From an uncultured Candidatus Saccharibacteria bacterium (lineage in GTDB: Bacteria; Patescibacteriota; Minisyncoccia; Phycocordibacterales; JACOZG01): DNA of 64,000 bases. The stretch covers positions 30,644 to 94,643 of the forward strand of contig CAYICB010000001.1 in assembly GCA_964361825.1 (NCBI GenBank), read 5' to 3'. Position numbers and translations under genes: made by a program. Shown here one piece after another: positions 53,653 through 63,042 of the stretch (position 1 is its first letter; every line of letters starts with the position of its first letter). Under the pieces are notes generated by a model. The model was given only the letters and a program-made list of their open reading frames with translations. It ran no database searches and was not told the origin of the DNA.

Positions 53653-55563
53653 TCAAAACATAATTACGCTGTCGCGCAATGGCGTGGGCAGAGAATTAGC
53701 AAAAAGTTCTGGCTCAATATCGAAAATAAATTCTGATGGCAAGTTAACTTGTCGCCCGCCAAAGATGGTTCGTGTTTCGGCGTAAGATAAATATAATTTT
53801 TCTTTCGCGCGGGTGATGGCTACATAAAACAGGCGCCGCTCTTCTTCCTCATCGCGTGCCTCATCGCTTACGCCCATGAAGACATGCGGAAAAAGATTTT
53901 GTTCGAGACCAGTGACAAAAACATGAGCAAACTCCAAACCTTTAGCGGCGTGAACGGTCATCATTTTTACTCCCGCCTTTTTTTCGTTGAGCGTGTCTTG
54001 ATCAGTAACGAGCGCCGCCTCGTCGAGCAGGGCTTGGGTAGAATTGGTGCCAGTTAAACCATCATATTTCTTGGCCAGCGTGACCAATTCGCGCAAATTT
54101 TCTAAGCGTTCTTTGTCGTCATCGCCACCAGCTTGCAATAATTTTTGCCAGCCACTTTTTTCTAAAACAAATTTTATGACCTCGTTCGCCCCCATGATTT
54201 CTGTCATTTGTTTAATTTCGTTTAGGAGGGTTTGGAAACTTTGCCATTTGGCTTGAGTGCTTGCGGGCAATTGGTTTGTATTACCAGAAAATATTTTGGC
54301 GAGCGTCACTTTGCCAATGCCCCGCGGCGGAATATTGATGACCCTTTTTAAACTAAATAAATCTTCGCGATTGAGCGTGGCGCGGAGGAAGGCAATCATG
54401 TCTTTAATTTCTTCGCGCTCGAAGAAGCGCGTGCCCAGCACTTGGTAGGCAATGCCAGCGCGGAGCAAACCTTCTTCTAGGGCGCGTGATTGGAAGTTGG
54501 CGCGGTAGAGAATCGCGATCTCCTCGGGCTTTGCTCGGTGGGCTAGAAGCTGGGCAATTTTGCCGGCAACTTGGCCCGCTTCATCCGCTTCGTCGAAGCC
54601 AGCAAGGAGATCAATTTTCTCCCCGGCTCCATTTTTGGTAAAGAGATTTTTTTCTTTGCGCTTAGTGTTTTTCTTAATAATGGCATTGGCGGCGGCGAGA
54701 ATGTTTTGGGTCGAGCGATAATTTTCTTCGAGGGTGACGACTCGCGCTTCGGGATAATCTTCTTCAAAGCGCAAAAGATTTTCGAAGTCCGCCCCGCGCC
54801 AGCTGTAAATTGATTGATCCACATCGCCCACCACACAGACATTACGATGAGCTGCGGCCAAGAGTCTCGCGAGGTCATATTGAATCGTATTGGTGTCTTG
54901 ATACTCATCAATGTGTAAATAACGAAAGCGCTTTTGATATTCTCCCAGAATCTCTGGTCGTTCGCGGAAAAGACGCACCGTTTCGGCGAGTAAGTCGTCA
55001 AAGTCGAGTGCCCCGGCCTCATGCAAGCCCTCATTGTATTTTTGCCACACTTGGCCCACCGTCTTCTGGAAGAAGGAGTTGCTGGTGGCGCTCTCGAGGA
55101 AGCTGGAGCGATTGTGGCCGGCACTTTTGGCCCGCGAAATGGCGTTTAAGACCTTACGGGGCTCTAGGGTTTTGGGATCTAAACCGAGGCTTTTGATTGC
55201 CTCTTTAATCGTTTTGAGTGATTCATCGCGATCGAAAATCGAAAAATTTTTCTTGAGACCAAGGCGCTCGGCTTCATTCCGGAGCACAAAGACGCCAAAA
55301 GAGTGGAAGGTGCTGGCAAAAGGCAAATCGTCTGAAGCGAGGAGTTTTTGCAAACGCTCACGCAACTCCCCCGCCGCCTTATTGGTAAAGGTGATGGCAA
55401 GGATGGAGCGAGGCTCTACCCCCTGACGGACTAGGTGGAGAATGCGGTGAGTGAGGGTTTTGGTTTTGCCAGCCCCAGCCCCAGCCACAATTAACAGAGG
55501 CCCCTCTTTGTGGAGTACCGCTTCCCGTTGTGCCTGATTTAATTCGGCCAAATAATCAGTCAT
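53653..55563 (-). CDS. pcrA: UvrD/PcrA helicase
   Basis: AGAGAGKT, TFTNKAA, DEYQDTN, GD.DQSIY.WRGA, NYRST, T.HAAKGLEF, EERRLFYVA.TRA. Confidence 0.95.
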   Translation of the reverse strand: MTDYLAELNQAQREAVLHKEGPLLIVAGAGAGKTKTLTHRILHLVRQGVEPRSILAITFTNKAAGELRERLQKLLASDDLPFASTFHSFGVFVLRNEAERLGLKKNFSIFDRDESLKTIKEAIKSLGLDPKTLEPRKVLNAISRAKSAGHNRSSFLESATSNSFFQKTVGQVWQKYNEGLHEAGALDFDDLLAETVRLFRERPEILGEYQKRFRYLHIDEYQDTNTIQYDLARLLAAAHRNVCVVGDVDQSIYSWRGADFENLLRFEEDYPEARVVTLEENYRSTQNILAAANAIIKKNTKRKEKNLFTKNGAGEKIDLLAGFDEADEAGQVAGKIAQLLAHRAKPEEIAILYRANFQSRALEEGLLRAGIAYQVLGTRFFEREEIKDMIAFLRATLNREDLFSLKRVINIPPRGIGKVTLAKIFSGNTNQLPASTQAKWQSFQTLLNEIKQMTEIMGANEVIKFVLEKSGWQKLLQAGGDDDKERLENLRELVTLAKKYDGLTGTNSTQALLDEAALVTDQDTLNEKKAGVKMMTVHAAKGLEFAHVFVTGLEQNLFPHVFMGVSDEARDEEEERRLFYVAITRAKEKLYLSYAETRTIFGGRQVNLPSEFIFDIEPELFANSLPTPLRDSVIMF

Positions 55564-55590
55564 TAACGAATTATACGTTTTTTACTCAAT

Positions 55591-55625
55591 AAAAAAAGCG
55601 AGCGTCGTTCCTCCGACTCTCGCTT
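55591..55625 (-). terminator. Intrinsic terminator
   Basis: AAGCGAG.GTCG...CGAC.CTCGCTT stem with an A7 run on the left. Confidence 0.65.
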
Positions 55626-55633
55626 GGGTAAAC

Positions 55634-56296
55634 CTAGTTTTCAATCAGAAGTTCGTATTGAGGCCTCCTGTTGCCCAAGCAACCATTGCTTCTCGTGGCC
55701 ACACAGGTGGCCAGGCAAGCACGGACCATCTTTCCTAGTCTCTCAATGTTCTTTGGAAGAAAGTCTGACGGAAAGACTGGAAAATTGGCTTTACCACCGG
55801 ACATTTTTCTCAAGCTGGTAGTGAGATCCAAAGTGGCGCTGGCATAGGAGTTGCCAAACTGATCTTCCAGTCTAAACAAGGCGTCGACTCCGAAATTGTG
55901 GTCTAGGTTGCTATCGACCGTGCTATAGAACTTGAGAGTAAAAAGTTCAAGTAGTTTGGGGTGATTTTTTTCGATCTCTCCCTTGACTACATTGAATAAT
56001 TTTTGAGAGAGATTGGTTGGTGGGCTAGTTGGATCCCATTCCTTCGGCTGATTATTGATTGCTTCCCTTTCCTCTCTCTCATACTGTGTGGGTGTTCTCG
56101 GTTCTTTGAAGTCGTCTTTCCTTGGTTGTTCCTCCGGTACGCCCAGAACCCTCATTTCAAAGGCCCGCCCGGGTCGTACATGTTTTCTTGGTTCGGGTAT
56201 AAATGTGATCGGGCTATTGGTGGTTTCAGGCGAAAGATTGTTGGTGGGGCGGGATTTTTGCCTAGCTCCATTTCTACCTTTTTCTGTTCCCAGCAT
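55634..56296 (-). CDS. Hypothetical protein (accessory; possible degenerate nuclease-like motif)
   Basis: SD AAGGAGG before ATG 56296; FYS.V.S.LD..FGVDA.F...TLDLT motif. Confidence 0.6.
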   Translation of the reverse strand: MLGTEKGRNGARQKSRPTNNLSPETTNSPITFIPEPRKHVRPGRAFEMRVLGVPEEQPRKDDFKEPRTPTQYEREEREAINNQPKEWDPTSPPTNLSQKLFNVVKGEIEKNHPKLLELFTLKFYSTVDSNLDHNFGVDALFRLEDQFGNSYASATLDLTTSLRKMSGGKANFPVFPSDFLPKNIERLGKMVRACLATCVATRSNGCLGNRRPQYELLIEN

Positions 56297-56575
56297 GGGA
56301 TCCTCCTTTTTGGTTAAAGACAACAAACAAACTGATTTCAAGTGTTCAAAAATCTATTCATGATTCTGCATTTTTTGGTAAAAAAAGTCAAATTTCTTAT
56401 CCCCAATTTCAATTTTGAACTCTTGGGGGTATTGGTTCATAATGCTCCCCAGTCTGATTGACTGCCTGATCGATTACGCTTACCGCCGACCAGAAACCCT
56501 AGAAACCGGCTTATTTTATCTAAAAAACACAAAACAGTTAGCCGCAAGGCTTTCTACTTATTACCCCTTATTTTA

Positions 56576-57508
56576 ATGAGCTTAGCCTTTACGGCTAAGG
56601 CTGGTTTTTTTTCTTTATTTAGTGGCGTTTTTGCTTCAAGTGATGAGTATTTGGCGGCCACAAACAGCGAGAATTCTCAAACCGTTGAGATTTTAGAAGC
56701 TTCTGGTTCACTGATCAGCCGAGCTCGTGGTGGTGGCGAGATTTCTTTGGTCGAAGGAGAAGCTCTTTTAGCAGAAAATGTCTCCTTTTTGCCCGAACGC
56801 CAAGGCGAATTGGGTTCAGAACAAATTACCACCTATACAGTACGAGAGGGTGATACGCTGTCTCAAATTTCTGAAATGTTTGGTGTTTCTATTAACACTA
56901 TTCGTTGGGCTAATGATTTAAAACGAGTTGATTCTATTAGGGTTGGTCAGTCTTTAGTTATTTTGCCAGTTTCGGGAGTAAAACATATAGTAAAAAAGAA
57001 TGATACTTTAGCCAATATTGCTAAGCAGTATAAGGGTGATTTGGCTGAAATCATTGAATTTAATGATTTGCTTACTGGTGAAGCTTTGGTGGTAGGAGAA
57101 ACGGTGATTATTCCTGACGGGGAAATTGTGCAACCCCCTAAGAATGATTCTGGCGCTAGCTATGCTGGTTACTACGAGAGGCCAATTAAGGGTGGTAAAA
57201 AAACCCAAGGTTTGCATGGTTATAACGGCGTTGACTTGGCCACTTATGCTGGTGCTCCGGTTTACGCAGCGGCTGAAGGGCAGGTGGTGGTAAGTAAATC
57301 AAGTGGTTGGAATGGCGGCTACGGCAACTATGTTGTGATTAAGCATCCAAATAAAACTCAAACGCTTTATGCTCACTTGAGCAAAAATTTGGTTAAAGTG
57401 GGCACTAAGGTTGCTCAAGGTCAAGTGATCGGTGAAAACGGCTCTACCGGCAAATCTACTGGCCCCCATCTCCATTTTGAAGTCCGGGGGGCTAAAAACC
57501 CCTTTTAA
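56576..57508 (+). CDS. LysM / M23 peptidase (murein endopeptidase)
   Basis: Two LysM repeats; HGYNGVD, GGYGN, YAHL, STGPHLHFEV; the true start may lie upstream. Confidence 0.92.
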   Translation: MSLAFTAKAGFFSLFSGVFASSDEYLAATNSENSQTVEILEASGSLISRARGGGEISLVEGEALLAENVSFLPERQGELGSEQITTYTVREGDTLSQISEMFGVSINTIRWANDLKRVDSIRVGQSLVILPVSGVKHIVKKNDTLANIAKQYKGDLAEIIEFNDLLTGEALVVGETVIIPDGEIVQPPKNDSGASYAGYYERPIKGGKKTQGLHGYNGVDLATYAGAPVYAAAEGQVVVSKSSGWNGGYGNYVVIKHPNKTQTLYAHLSKNLVKVGTKVAQGQVIGENGSTGKSTGPHLHFEVRGAKNPF

Positions 57509-59067
57509 ATCACACTTTTTGGTCGATATTGGATCGCTTCGAAAAGGTGGCTATCTTTAATTTCATCTTCATCGGCAAGGTCGGCAATAGTGCGAGCGAT
57601 TTTGATTAAGCGATGGTAAACGCGCGCTGAGAGGCCGAGACGGATGGCGGCGTCATTGAGTATTTTGGTTTCTTTGTCCCCTAGCGGGGCATATTTTTTA
57701 AGATCTTTAGCCGACATTTCATTATTTGTCTTAATTTTCGTTTCACTGTCGGCAAAGCGCTTCAATTGCCGTTCGCGGGCTTGGGTGATGCGCTCGCGGA
57801 GTTTTGGTGATTCGGCCTGATTATCAGTATGAGTTGAGAGTTTACTGGGATCGACTGGTGCGGCGGTAAGCCACAGGTCAATCCGATCAACGATTGGCCC
57901 GGAGAGTTTGCGTTCATAACGAGCTAAAGACCCCGGATTACAAACGCACTCCTTACCTTTTGTGCCCTTATTGCCGCATGGGCAAGGATTCATGGCAGCG
58001 ACGAGAATAAAGTTGGCGGGGAAGGTGGCGGTACCCTTAGCTCGCGCCACGCGAATAATTCGATCTTCGAGCGGTTGACGCAAAGCTTCGATAACGCGTT
58101 TATCAAACTCCGGAAACTCATCAAGGAAGAGAACCCCGCGATGGGCCAAAGTAATTTCTCCCGGTTTTGGTTGATTACCGCCACCAACTAGCGAAACATA
58201 AGACGCCGTGTGGTGGGGAGAGCGAAATGGGGGTGTGGTCATTAGGTCATTCCCGAGTTCACCGGCCGCCGAGTGAATGCCGGTGATTTCTAGAATTTCG
58301 TCAAAGTCGAGGCGGGGCAAAATGCTGGCGAAGGCCTTAGCGAGCATGGTTTTTCCGGTGCCTGGTGGTCCCGAGAGCGCGATATTGTGGCGTCCAGCGG
58401 CGGCAATTTCGAGGCCGCGTTTAGCCGTTTCTTGCCCTTTTACATCGGCAAAATCGAGGAAAAAAGGTGATTCTTCATACTCAATGGGTGTGGGTGGCGT
58501 TGCTGGGATTTTTATCATCACCGATTCCCCTTCTTCGCCCTCCATTAGTCGTTTCGGACTCAAGTGATTGGCAATTTCTCGTAAATTTTTGGCGCCATAT
58601 ACCGCAATGCCCTCAATCAGCGCCGCTTCTTTGGCATTCCCGAGTGGTAAATAGATTTCTTCAAAACCGGCCAGTTTGAGTTTGCGGGTTAATAATAAGG
58701 CGCCGCGAATTGGTCGTAAGTCACCATTGAGAGCCAGTTCTCCGAGAAAGGCCTTTTTTTCTGGTTTAAAATTAACATCTTTAGTGGCCGCCAAATGAGC
58801 CAAAGCAATAGCTAGATCGAAAACCGGCCCCTCTTTCTTGAGGTCGGCCGGCGCGAGCGAAACAATCACTTTCCGGTTCCCTTTCTGGGGTGAGGGAAAA
58901 CCCGAATTTTTGATGGCCGCGCTAATCCGTTCCTTCGCTTCTTCCACGGCCTTATCGGGCAGACCCACAATCACAAAGGAGTGTAAGCCTTTGGCCACAT
59001 CCACTTCGACCTCAATGATTTCTGGTTTTAGGCCTGAAAGTTGTGCCGAGTAGACTTTGGCGAGCAT
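57505..59067 (-). CDS. comM: ComM/YifB Mg-chelatase-like ATPase
   Basis: IVGLPD.AV.E, LAPADL.KEG, GPPGTGKTMLA, PFRSPHH, LFLDEFPEF, NPCPCG, SGPI.DRID. Confidence 0.93.
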   Translation of the reverse strand: MLAKVYSAQLSGLKPEIIEVEVDVAKGLHSFVIVGLPDKAVEEAKERISAAIKNSGFPSPQKGNRKVIVSLAPADLKKEGPVFDLAIALAHLAATKDVNFKPEKKAFLGELALNGDLRPIRGALLLTRKLKLAGFEEIYLPLGNAKEAALIEGIAVYGAKNLREIANHLSPKRLMEGEEGESVMIKIPATPPTPIEYEESPFFLDFADVKGQETAKRGLEIAAAGRHNIALSGPPGTGKTMLAKAFASILPRLDFDEILEITGIHSAAGELGNDLMTTPPFRSPHHTASYVSLVGGGNQPKPGEITLAHRGVLFLDEFPEFDKRVIEALRQPLEDRIIRVARAKGTATFPANFILVAAMNPCPCGNKGTKGKECVCNPGSLARYERKLSGPIVDRIDLWLTAAPVDPSKLSTHTDNQAESPKLRERITQARERQLKRFADSETKIKTNNEMSAKDLKKYAPLGDKETKILNDAAIRLGLSARVYHRLIKIARTIADLADEDEIKDSHLFEAIQYRPKSVI

Positions 59068-59421
59068 TTATTCGAGATGTTGCTTGCAGGTGGCGGCGGC
59101 GGGATTGGCCAATAAACGATCTTCCTCGATCGGTTTTGGGCATTTAATACACTGTCCGTAAGTTCCAGAGTTAATTTTTTCTAAGGCTAGCTTCACTTCT
59201 TGGAGACGGTCACCGAGGGCATTGGCTGAGGCTTCACGATCTTCCCATTCCTCTAAACGATTGGCGGTTTCATCGCGAGAATCACTTTCTTTTTCGGCTG
59301 ACATGGTGGCTTGCCAATCTTTAGGATTTTCGGGGTTTAGCATGGCAAACTCTTTGAGCTCTTGTTCTAAGCGCTCGCGCTCTGTTTCGAGCCTAATTTT
59401 GAATTGGCCAAAATCTAACAT
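59068..59421 (-). CDS. TraR/DksA C4-type zinc-finger protein
   Basis: AL.KI..GTYGQCIKC..PI...RL.ANPAA.TC..H. Confidence 0.85.
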   Translation of the reverse strand: MLDFGQFKIRLETERERLEQELKEFAMLNPENPKDWQATMSAEKESDSRDETANRLEEWEDREASANALGDRLQEVKLALEKINSGTYGQCIKCPKPIEEDRLLANPAAATCKQHLE

Positions 59422-59445
59422 GGGTCTATTTTAAGTTATTTATGG

Positions 59446-60606
59446 TTATTGTCCAGCCTGACGAGAACGGTCAATGACTTCACCAAAAACCGTGTTATTT
59501 TTCGCGATAATTAAAAGGTTACGGTTTAAGAAGCCATAAACCACGAAACCGCCCAGCTCTCTGGTGTCAATGTTTTTCAAAACCTGATCGGTAAACTTTG
59601 CCTCTCGCGGCGGGTTAACTGTTTGGCCGGCTAAAATCTCTCCCAAATCTATGGCCAGGGTTTTTTCCCAAGCTAACATGCCAGCAAAAGCTCGGTCGTA
59701 ATCAGTTATGGTCAGGGCCAAAAAAGAGCCACTGCCTTTGCCGTAAATCCCAAGCATAAACTTGGTACCTAGCGCCGAAAGAAAGTTTTCTGTTCGGCCT
59801 AAAGCCAAGAGATTTTGCCAAAATCTGAAATTGACTACCTGATTATTGTTGGTAAAAAATAATTCTAGAACTTCATCAGCGTCTCCGGTGGCCATGATTT
59901 CTTCGTTAATCTGGCGTTTTAACTCGCGGGCGCTTGATTTTTCCAAAGCCAAAACCTTGTGTTTTTCGGCAAAAATCAGAGATTCTGGTTTGAGAACGGT
60001 TGAGATTGGAGGATTTACTTCTTTGGGAAGATTAATTTTTGAAAAAGCAAAAAAGTATGCTCCGCCGCCAACCAAGAGCAAGAAAATAATTAAAACAATG
60101 ATGACTCCACCAAAACGGCGGGATTTGGTGGTGGCGAGATTATCAACTCGTTTTTTTTCTTCGGTGCTGAGGGCGATTCTGGTGAGGGAAATTTTTTCGC
60201 TATCGGCGGCTTCGGTTAGATCGGTTTTTAAGGTACGGATACCCGAGAGGCTGGCGGGGGCCTTTTTGATTTCTTGGATGGTTTTTTCAGCTTGGTTAAT
60301 ATTTGTGCGACGATTTTGGTTGGCTTGTTCGGTGGCGGCGCGACTAGCGGCGGCGGCTTGTGCCGCCGCCCGCTCTTTTTCTGCCGCCGCTTCCGCTGTT
60401 TGTTTAACCGCGAGTTCGGCCAATTTGATTACTTGCTCCGCCTTTTCCTTGGCTAAGTGACGCTCACTTCCCTCTAGGGCGCGAACGGCTTCGCGGCGCC
60501 TAGATTCTGTTTCTTCTTTATCACTCTCGCGTTTTTTTTGCCTCGCTTCCCCTTCTAGGGCTAAGCGGGCTTCCTGCCGACGATTGGCTAAGTCTTGGTT
60601 TTCCAT
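59446..60606 (-). CDS. Coiled-coil, single-TM hypothetical protein
   Basis: Ala/Glu-rich coiled coil, IRTLKTD, one TM, AFAGMLAWE motif. Confidence 0.7.
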   Translation of the reverse strand: MENQDLANRRQEARLALEGEARQKKRESDKEETESRRREAVRALEGSERHLAKEKAEQVIKLAELAVKQTAEAAAEKERAAAQAAAASRAATEQANQNRRTNINQAEKTIQEIKKAPASLSGIRTLKTDLTEAADSEKISLTRIALSTEEKKRVDNLATTKSRRFGGVIIVLIIFLLLVGGGAYFFAFSKINLPKEVNPPISTVLKPESLIFAEKHKVLALEKSSARELKRQINEEIMATGDADEVLELFFTNNNQVVNFRFWQNLLALGRTENFLSALGTKFMLGIYGKGSGSFLALTITDYDRAFAGMLAWEKTLAIDLGEILAGQTVNPPREAKFTDQVLKNIDTRELGGFVVYGFLNRNLLIIAKNNTVFGEVIDRSRQAGQ

Positions 60607-61166
60607 TAACCTAAAATGTTTTTTAAGGCGTCGAGGCGAGTTTTTATCCCATCCTCTTCATCCAATAGGGTGCGATATTTTTGCGTACTTACTTCGATTT
60701 TACCTTCTACCTGCGTTAGTTCGGTTTGGAAACCCCACTTTTTTTCTTCAATGGCGCGCCGTTTGGTTTGGGTCGCCCAACGCTTGTTTTCCGCCAATTG
60801 TTTATCGGCCGGCGCGGCGGCGCGGGCTTCTTCCAATTCGTTTTTTGCTTCTTCTTCCTCTAGCGCTTTTTCGTCGGTTAAAAGCGGCGTTAGTTTGGTG
60901 TTTAATTCTTTGCGTTTATCATCGAGCGTAATCCACTCTAGTTCCAGAGCGGATTTTTGTTGATCGAGGAGGGATATCTTTTTTTCTAACTCGCTTTGCT
61001 CTTTTCTCGCCCCGTCTTTTTTGTTTGCTTCTTCTTGTTTGGCTAAGCGTTCGGGGCCAGCCATAGCCGCTTGGGCGGCGGCTAATTTATCATTAATATC
61101 TGCGCCACTTACCGTGGCAGTGGGGGGGTTAAATTCCACCCCCGCGACTTCAGTTTGTTTCTCCAT
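60606..61166 (-). CDS. Coiled-coil hypothetical protein
   Basis: Heptad-rich; E.KRW and E.KKW repeats. Confidence 0.7.
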   Translation of the reverse strand: MEKQTEVAGVEFNPPTATVSGADINDKLAAAQAAMAGPERLAKQEEANKKDGARKEQSELEKKISLLDQQKSALELEWITLDDKRKELNTKLTPLLTDEKALEEEEAKNELEEARAAAPADKQLAENKRWATQTKRRAIEEKKWGFQTELTQVEGKIEVSTQKYRTLLDEEDGIKTRLDALKNILG

Positions 61167-61184
61167 TCCCCTATTATAGCGGAA

Positions 61185-61751
61185 CTAATTTTTATTTTCT
61201 TCTGGTGGTTTGGGATTATTTTCTACTCGGCGACCGCGGCGATTAGGTAAAAGTAAATATTTTCTTGGATTTTCTCCTAAATCAATAAAACTATCCGCCA
61301 CTTCTTTAAGTTTGCCGGAAGTGCTTTTGCCAAAAGAGATTACTTCCACTTGAGTGCCGGTGTGATTTTTCACGTACTCGACTAAGGGGACAAAATCACC
61401 ATCACCAGAGGCGAGCACAATGGCGTCGAGTTTGGGGGCTAGACGCACGGCATCCATGGCGAGCCCCACATCCCAGTCGGCTTTTTTGGCGCCACCAACA
61501 AAAATTTGCAAATCTTTGGTTTTGATTTCAATACCCATCCTCTCCATTGCTTCAAAAAAATTTTTTTCTTCGCCAGACTCGGTAGTAACCACATAGGCCA
61601 TAGCGCGAACCAAGTTGCGGTCACCCACCGCTTCTTTCAAAACGGCGCCGAAATTTACCCTTGCTTGGTAAAGGTTTTTGGCGCAATGGTAAAGATTTTG
61701 CGTATCAATAAAAACACCAACCCGCTGACTAGAATGTTTAATAACTGACAT
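61185..61751 (-). CDS. NYN domain (LabA/DUF88) protein
   Basis: VFIDTQNLY, KADWDVG, SGDGDF. Confidence 0.92.
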   Translation of the reverse strand: MSVIKHSSQRVGVFIDTQNLYHCAKNLYQARVNFGAVLKEAVGDRNLVRAMAYVVTTESGEEKNFFEAMERMGIEIKTKDLQIFVGGAKKADWDVGLAMDAVRLAPKLDAIVLASGDGDFVPLVEYVKNHTGTQVEVISFGKSTSGKLKEVADSFIDLGENPRKYLLLPNRRGRRVENNPKPPEENKN

Positions 61752-61988
61752 TTAAGTGGTCTTTTTAGCCTTCACTCGCGCGGTATACTTTAAGTGGGCT
61801 CGGCGTTTGGCGACTAATTTCAAAAGTCCCCGTCGAGAATGCTTGTCTTTGGGGTATTTTTTGAGGTGTTTGGTTAAGGCTTCAATTTGCTCACCGATTA
61901 GCGCAGCTTGGACTGAAGACGAACCGGTATCTTTGCTGTGGATCCGGCTCGACTCAATAACTCCTTTCTTTTTCTTGGTTGAAAGCAT
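61752..61988 (-). CDS. rpsO: 30S ribosomal protein S15
   Basis: H.KDTGS..VQ, L..HLK..PKD.HSRRGL; start ATG 61988. Confidence 0.95.
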   Translation of the reverse strand: MLSTKKKKGVIESSRIHSKDTGSSSVQAALIGEQIEALTKHLKKYPKDKHSRRGLLKLVAKRRAHLKYTARVKAKKTT

Positions 61989-62019
61989 ATTGATGGTATC
62001 ATAACAAAACAAGTGATAT

Positions 62020-62880
62020 ATGGCAAATTCTGACTTAGTTGAGCTTAAAAAGCAGTTTTTAGAATATTTAGAAATCGAGCGTGGACGAAGTGCTAAAACC
62101 GTGGCTAATTATGACCACTACCTTAAGCGTTTTCTTCAATTTTCTCAAGCTAAAACCTCAGAGCAAATTACCGCCGAAAGTCTAAGAAAGTATCGATTAT
62201 GGTTAAATCGAGAAACCCTCAAGAAAAACACCCAAAATTATCATCTCATCGCTCTTCGGTCTTTCTTTAAATATCTTGATAAAAGAGGGAAAAAGATTCT
62301 GTCTCCCACCGAGATTGATTTGGCCAAGGTGCCTAGCCGAGATTTGGACTTAATTAGTTCGGAAGATTTAGAACGCCTCCTAAAAAGCCCCAAATTGTTA
62401 CGCGATCGGGCCATTTTAGAGCTTTTTTTCTCTACTGGCCTTCGGGTGTCCGAACTTTGTGCTCTTGATCGAGACAGTTTCAGTCTCAAGCAAGATGAAT
62501 TCTCGGTTCGGGGCAAAGGTGAGAAGGTACGAGTGGTTTTCCTCTCTAATGCGGCCAAACAAGCCGTAGGAAACTATTTACGAGAAAGAACCGACACCGA
62601 AGAATGTCTGTTTGTTAGCGAAAAATTGACCCGTCTTACACCCAGAAGCGTTGAGCGGATTATCAAGCGTTGCGCGATTGAGGCTGGGATTACCAAAAAG
62701 GTTACTCCTCACACTCTGCGTCACAGTTTTGCCACGGACTTGCTCCGTAATGGGGCCGATCTTCGCTCGGTCCAGATGATGCTCGGCCACGCCAATATTT
62801 CCACTACCCAAATCTATACCCACCTCACTGATCGCCAACTAAAAGAGGTCCATAAGGCTTTCCACCGAAAGACTGAGTAA
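62020..62880 (+). CDS. XerC/XerD-type tyrosine recombinase
   Basis: TGLRVSEL, GKG.K.R, HTLRHSFATDLL, LGH, TTQIY. Confidence 0.93.
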   Translation: MANSDLVELKKQFLEYLEIERGRSAKTVANYDHYLKRFLQFSQAKTSEQITAESLRKYRLWLNRETLKKNTQNYHLIALRSFFKYLDKRGKKILSPTEIDLAKVPSRDLDLISSEDLERLLKSPKLLRDRAILELFFSTGLRVSELCALDRDSFSLKQDEFSVRGKGEKVRVVFLSNAAKQAVGNYLRERTDTEECLFVSEKLTRLTPRSVERIIKRCAIEAGITKKVTPHTLRHSFATDLLRNGADLRSVQMMLGHANISTTQIYTHLTDRQLKEVHKAFHRKTE

Positions 62881-63042
62881 GTTATCCCCAACTTTATCTT
62901 GTCCTTTAAATTGTCCTATAGTAAACTCTTGTCTAGGTATGATTTGTTCCTAAAAACACGATCGGGTTTGTTTAATTTCTCCACCTAACAAATAACAAAC
63001 CTTTTCAAAGTCAAAACCACCCAAGCAAAAGGGTGTGTTTTT

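Noticed and set aside
62020-62880. Tyrosine recombinase as a prophage or ICE integrase
   Set aside because: Xer-type sequence set among housekeeping genes, with no phage genes or att sites seen.
56397-62890. Isolated TTATCCCCA DnaA-box-like sites at about 56397 and 62882 as extra origins
   Set aside because: They are single one-mismatch 9-mers without clustering, which is insufficient evidence.
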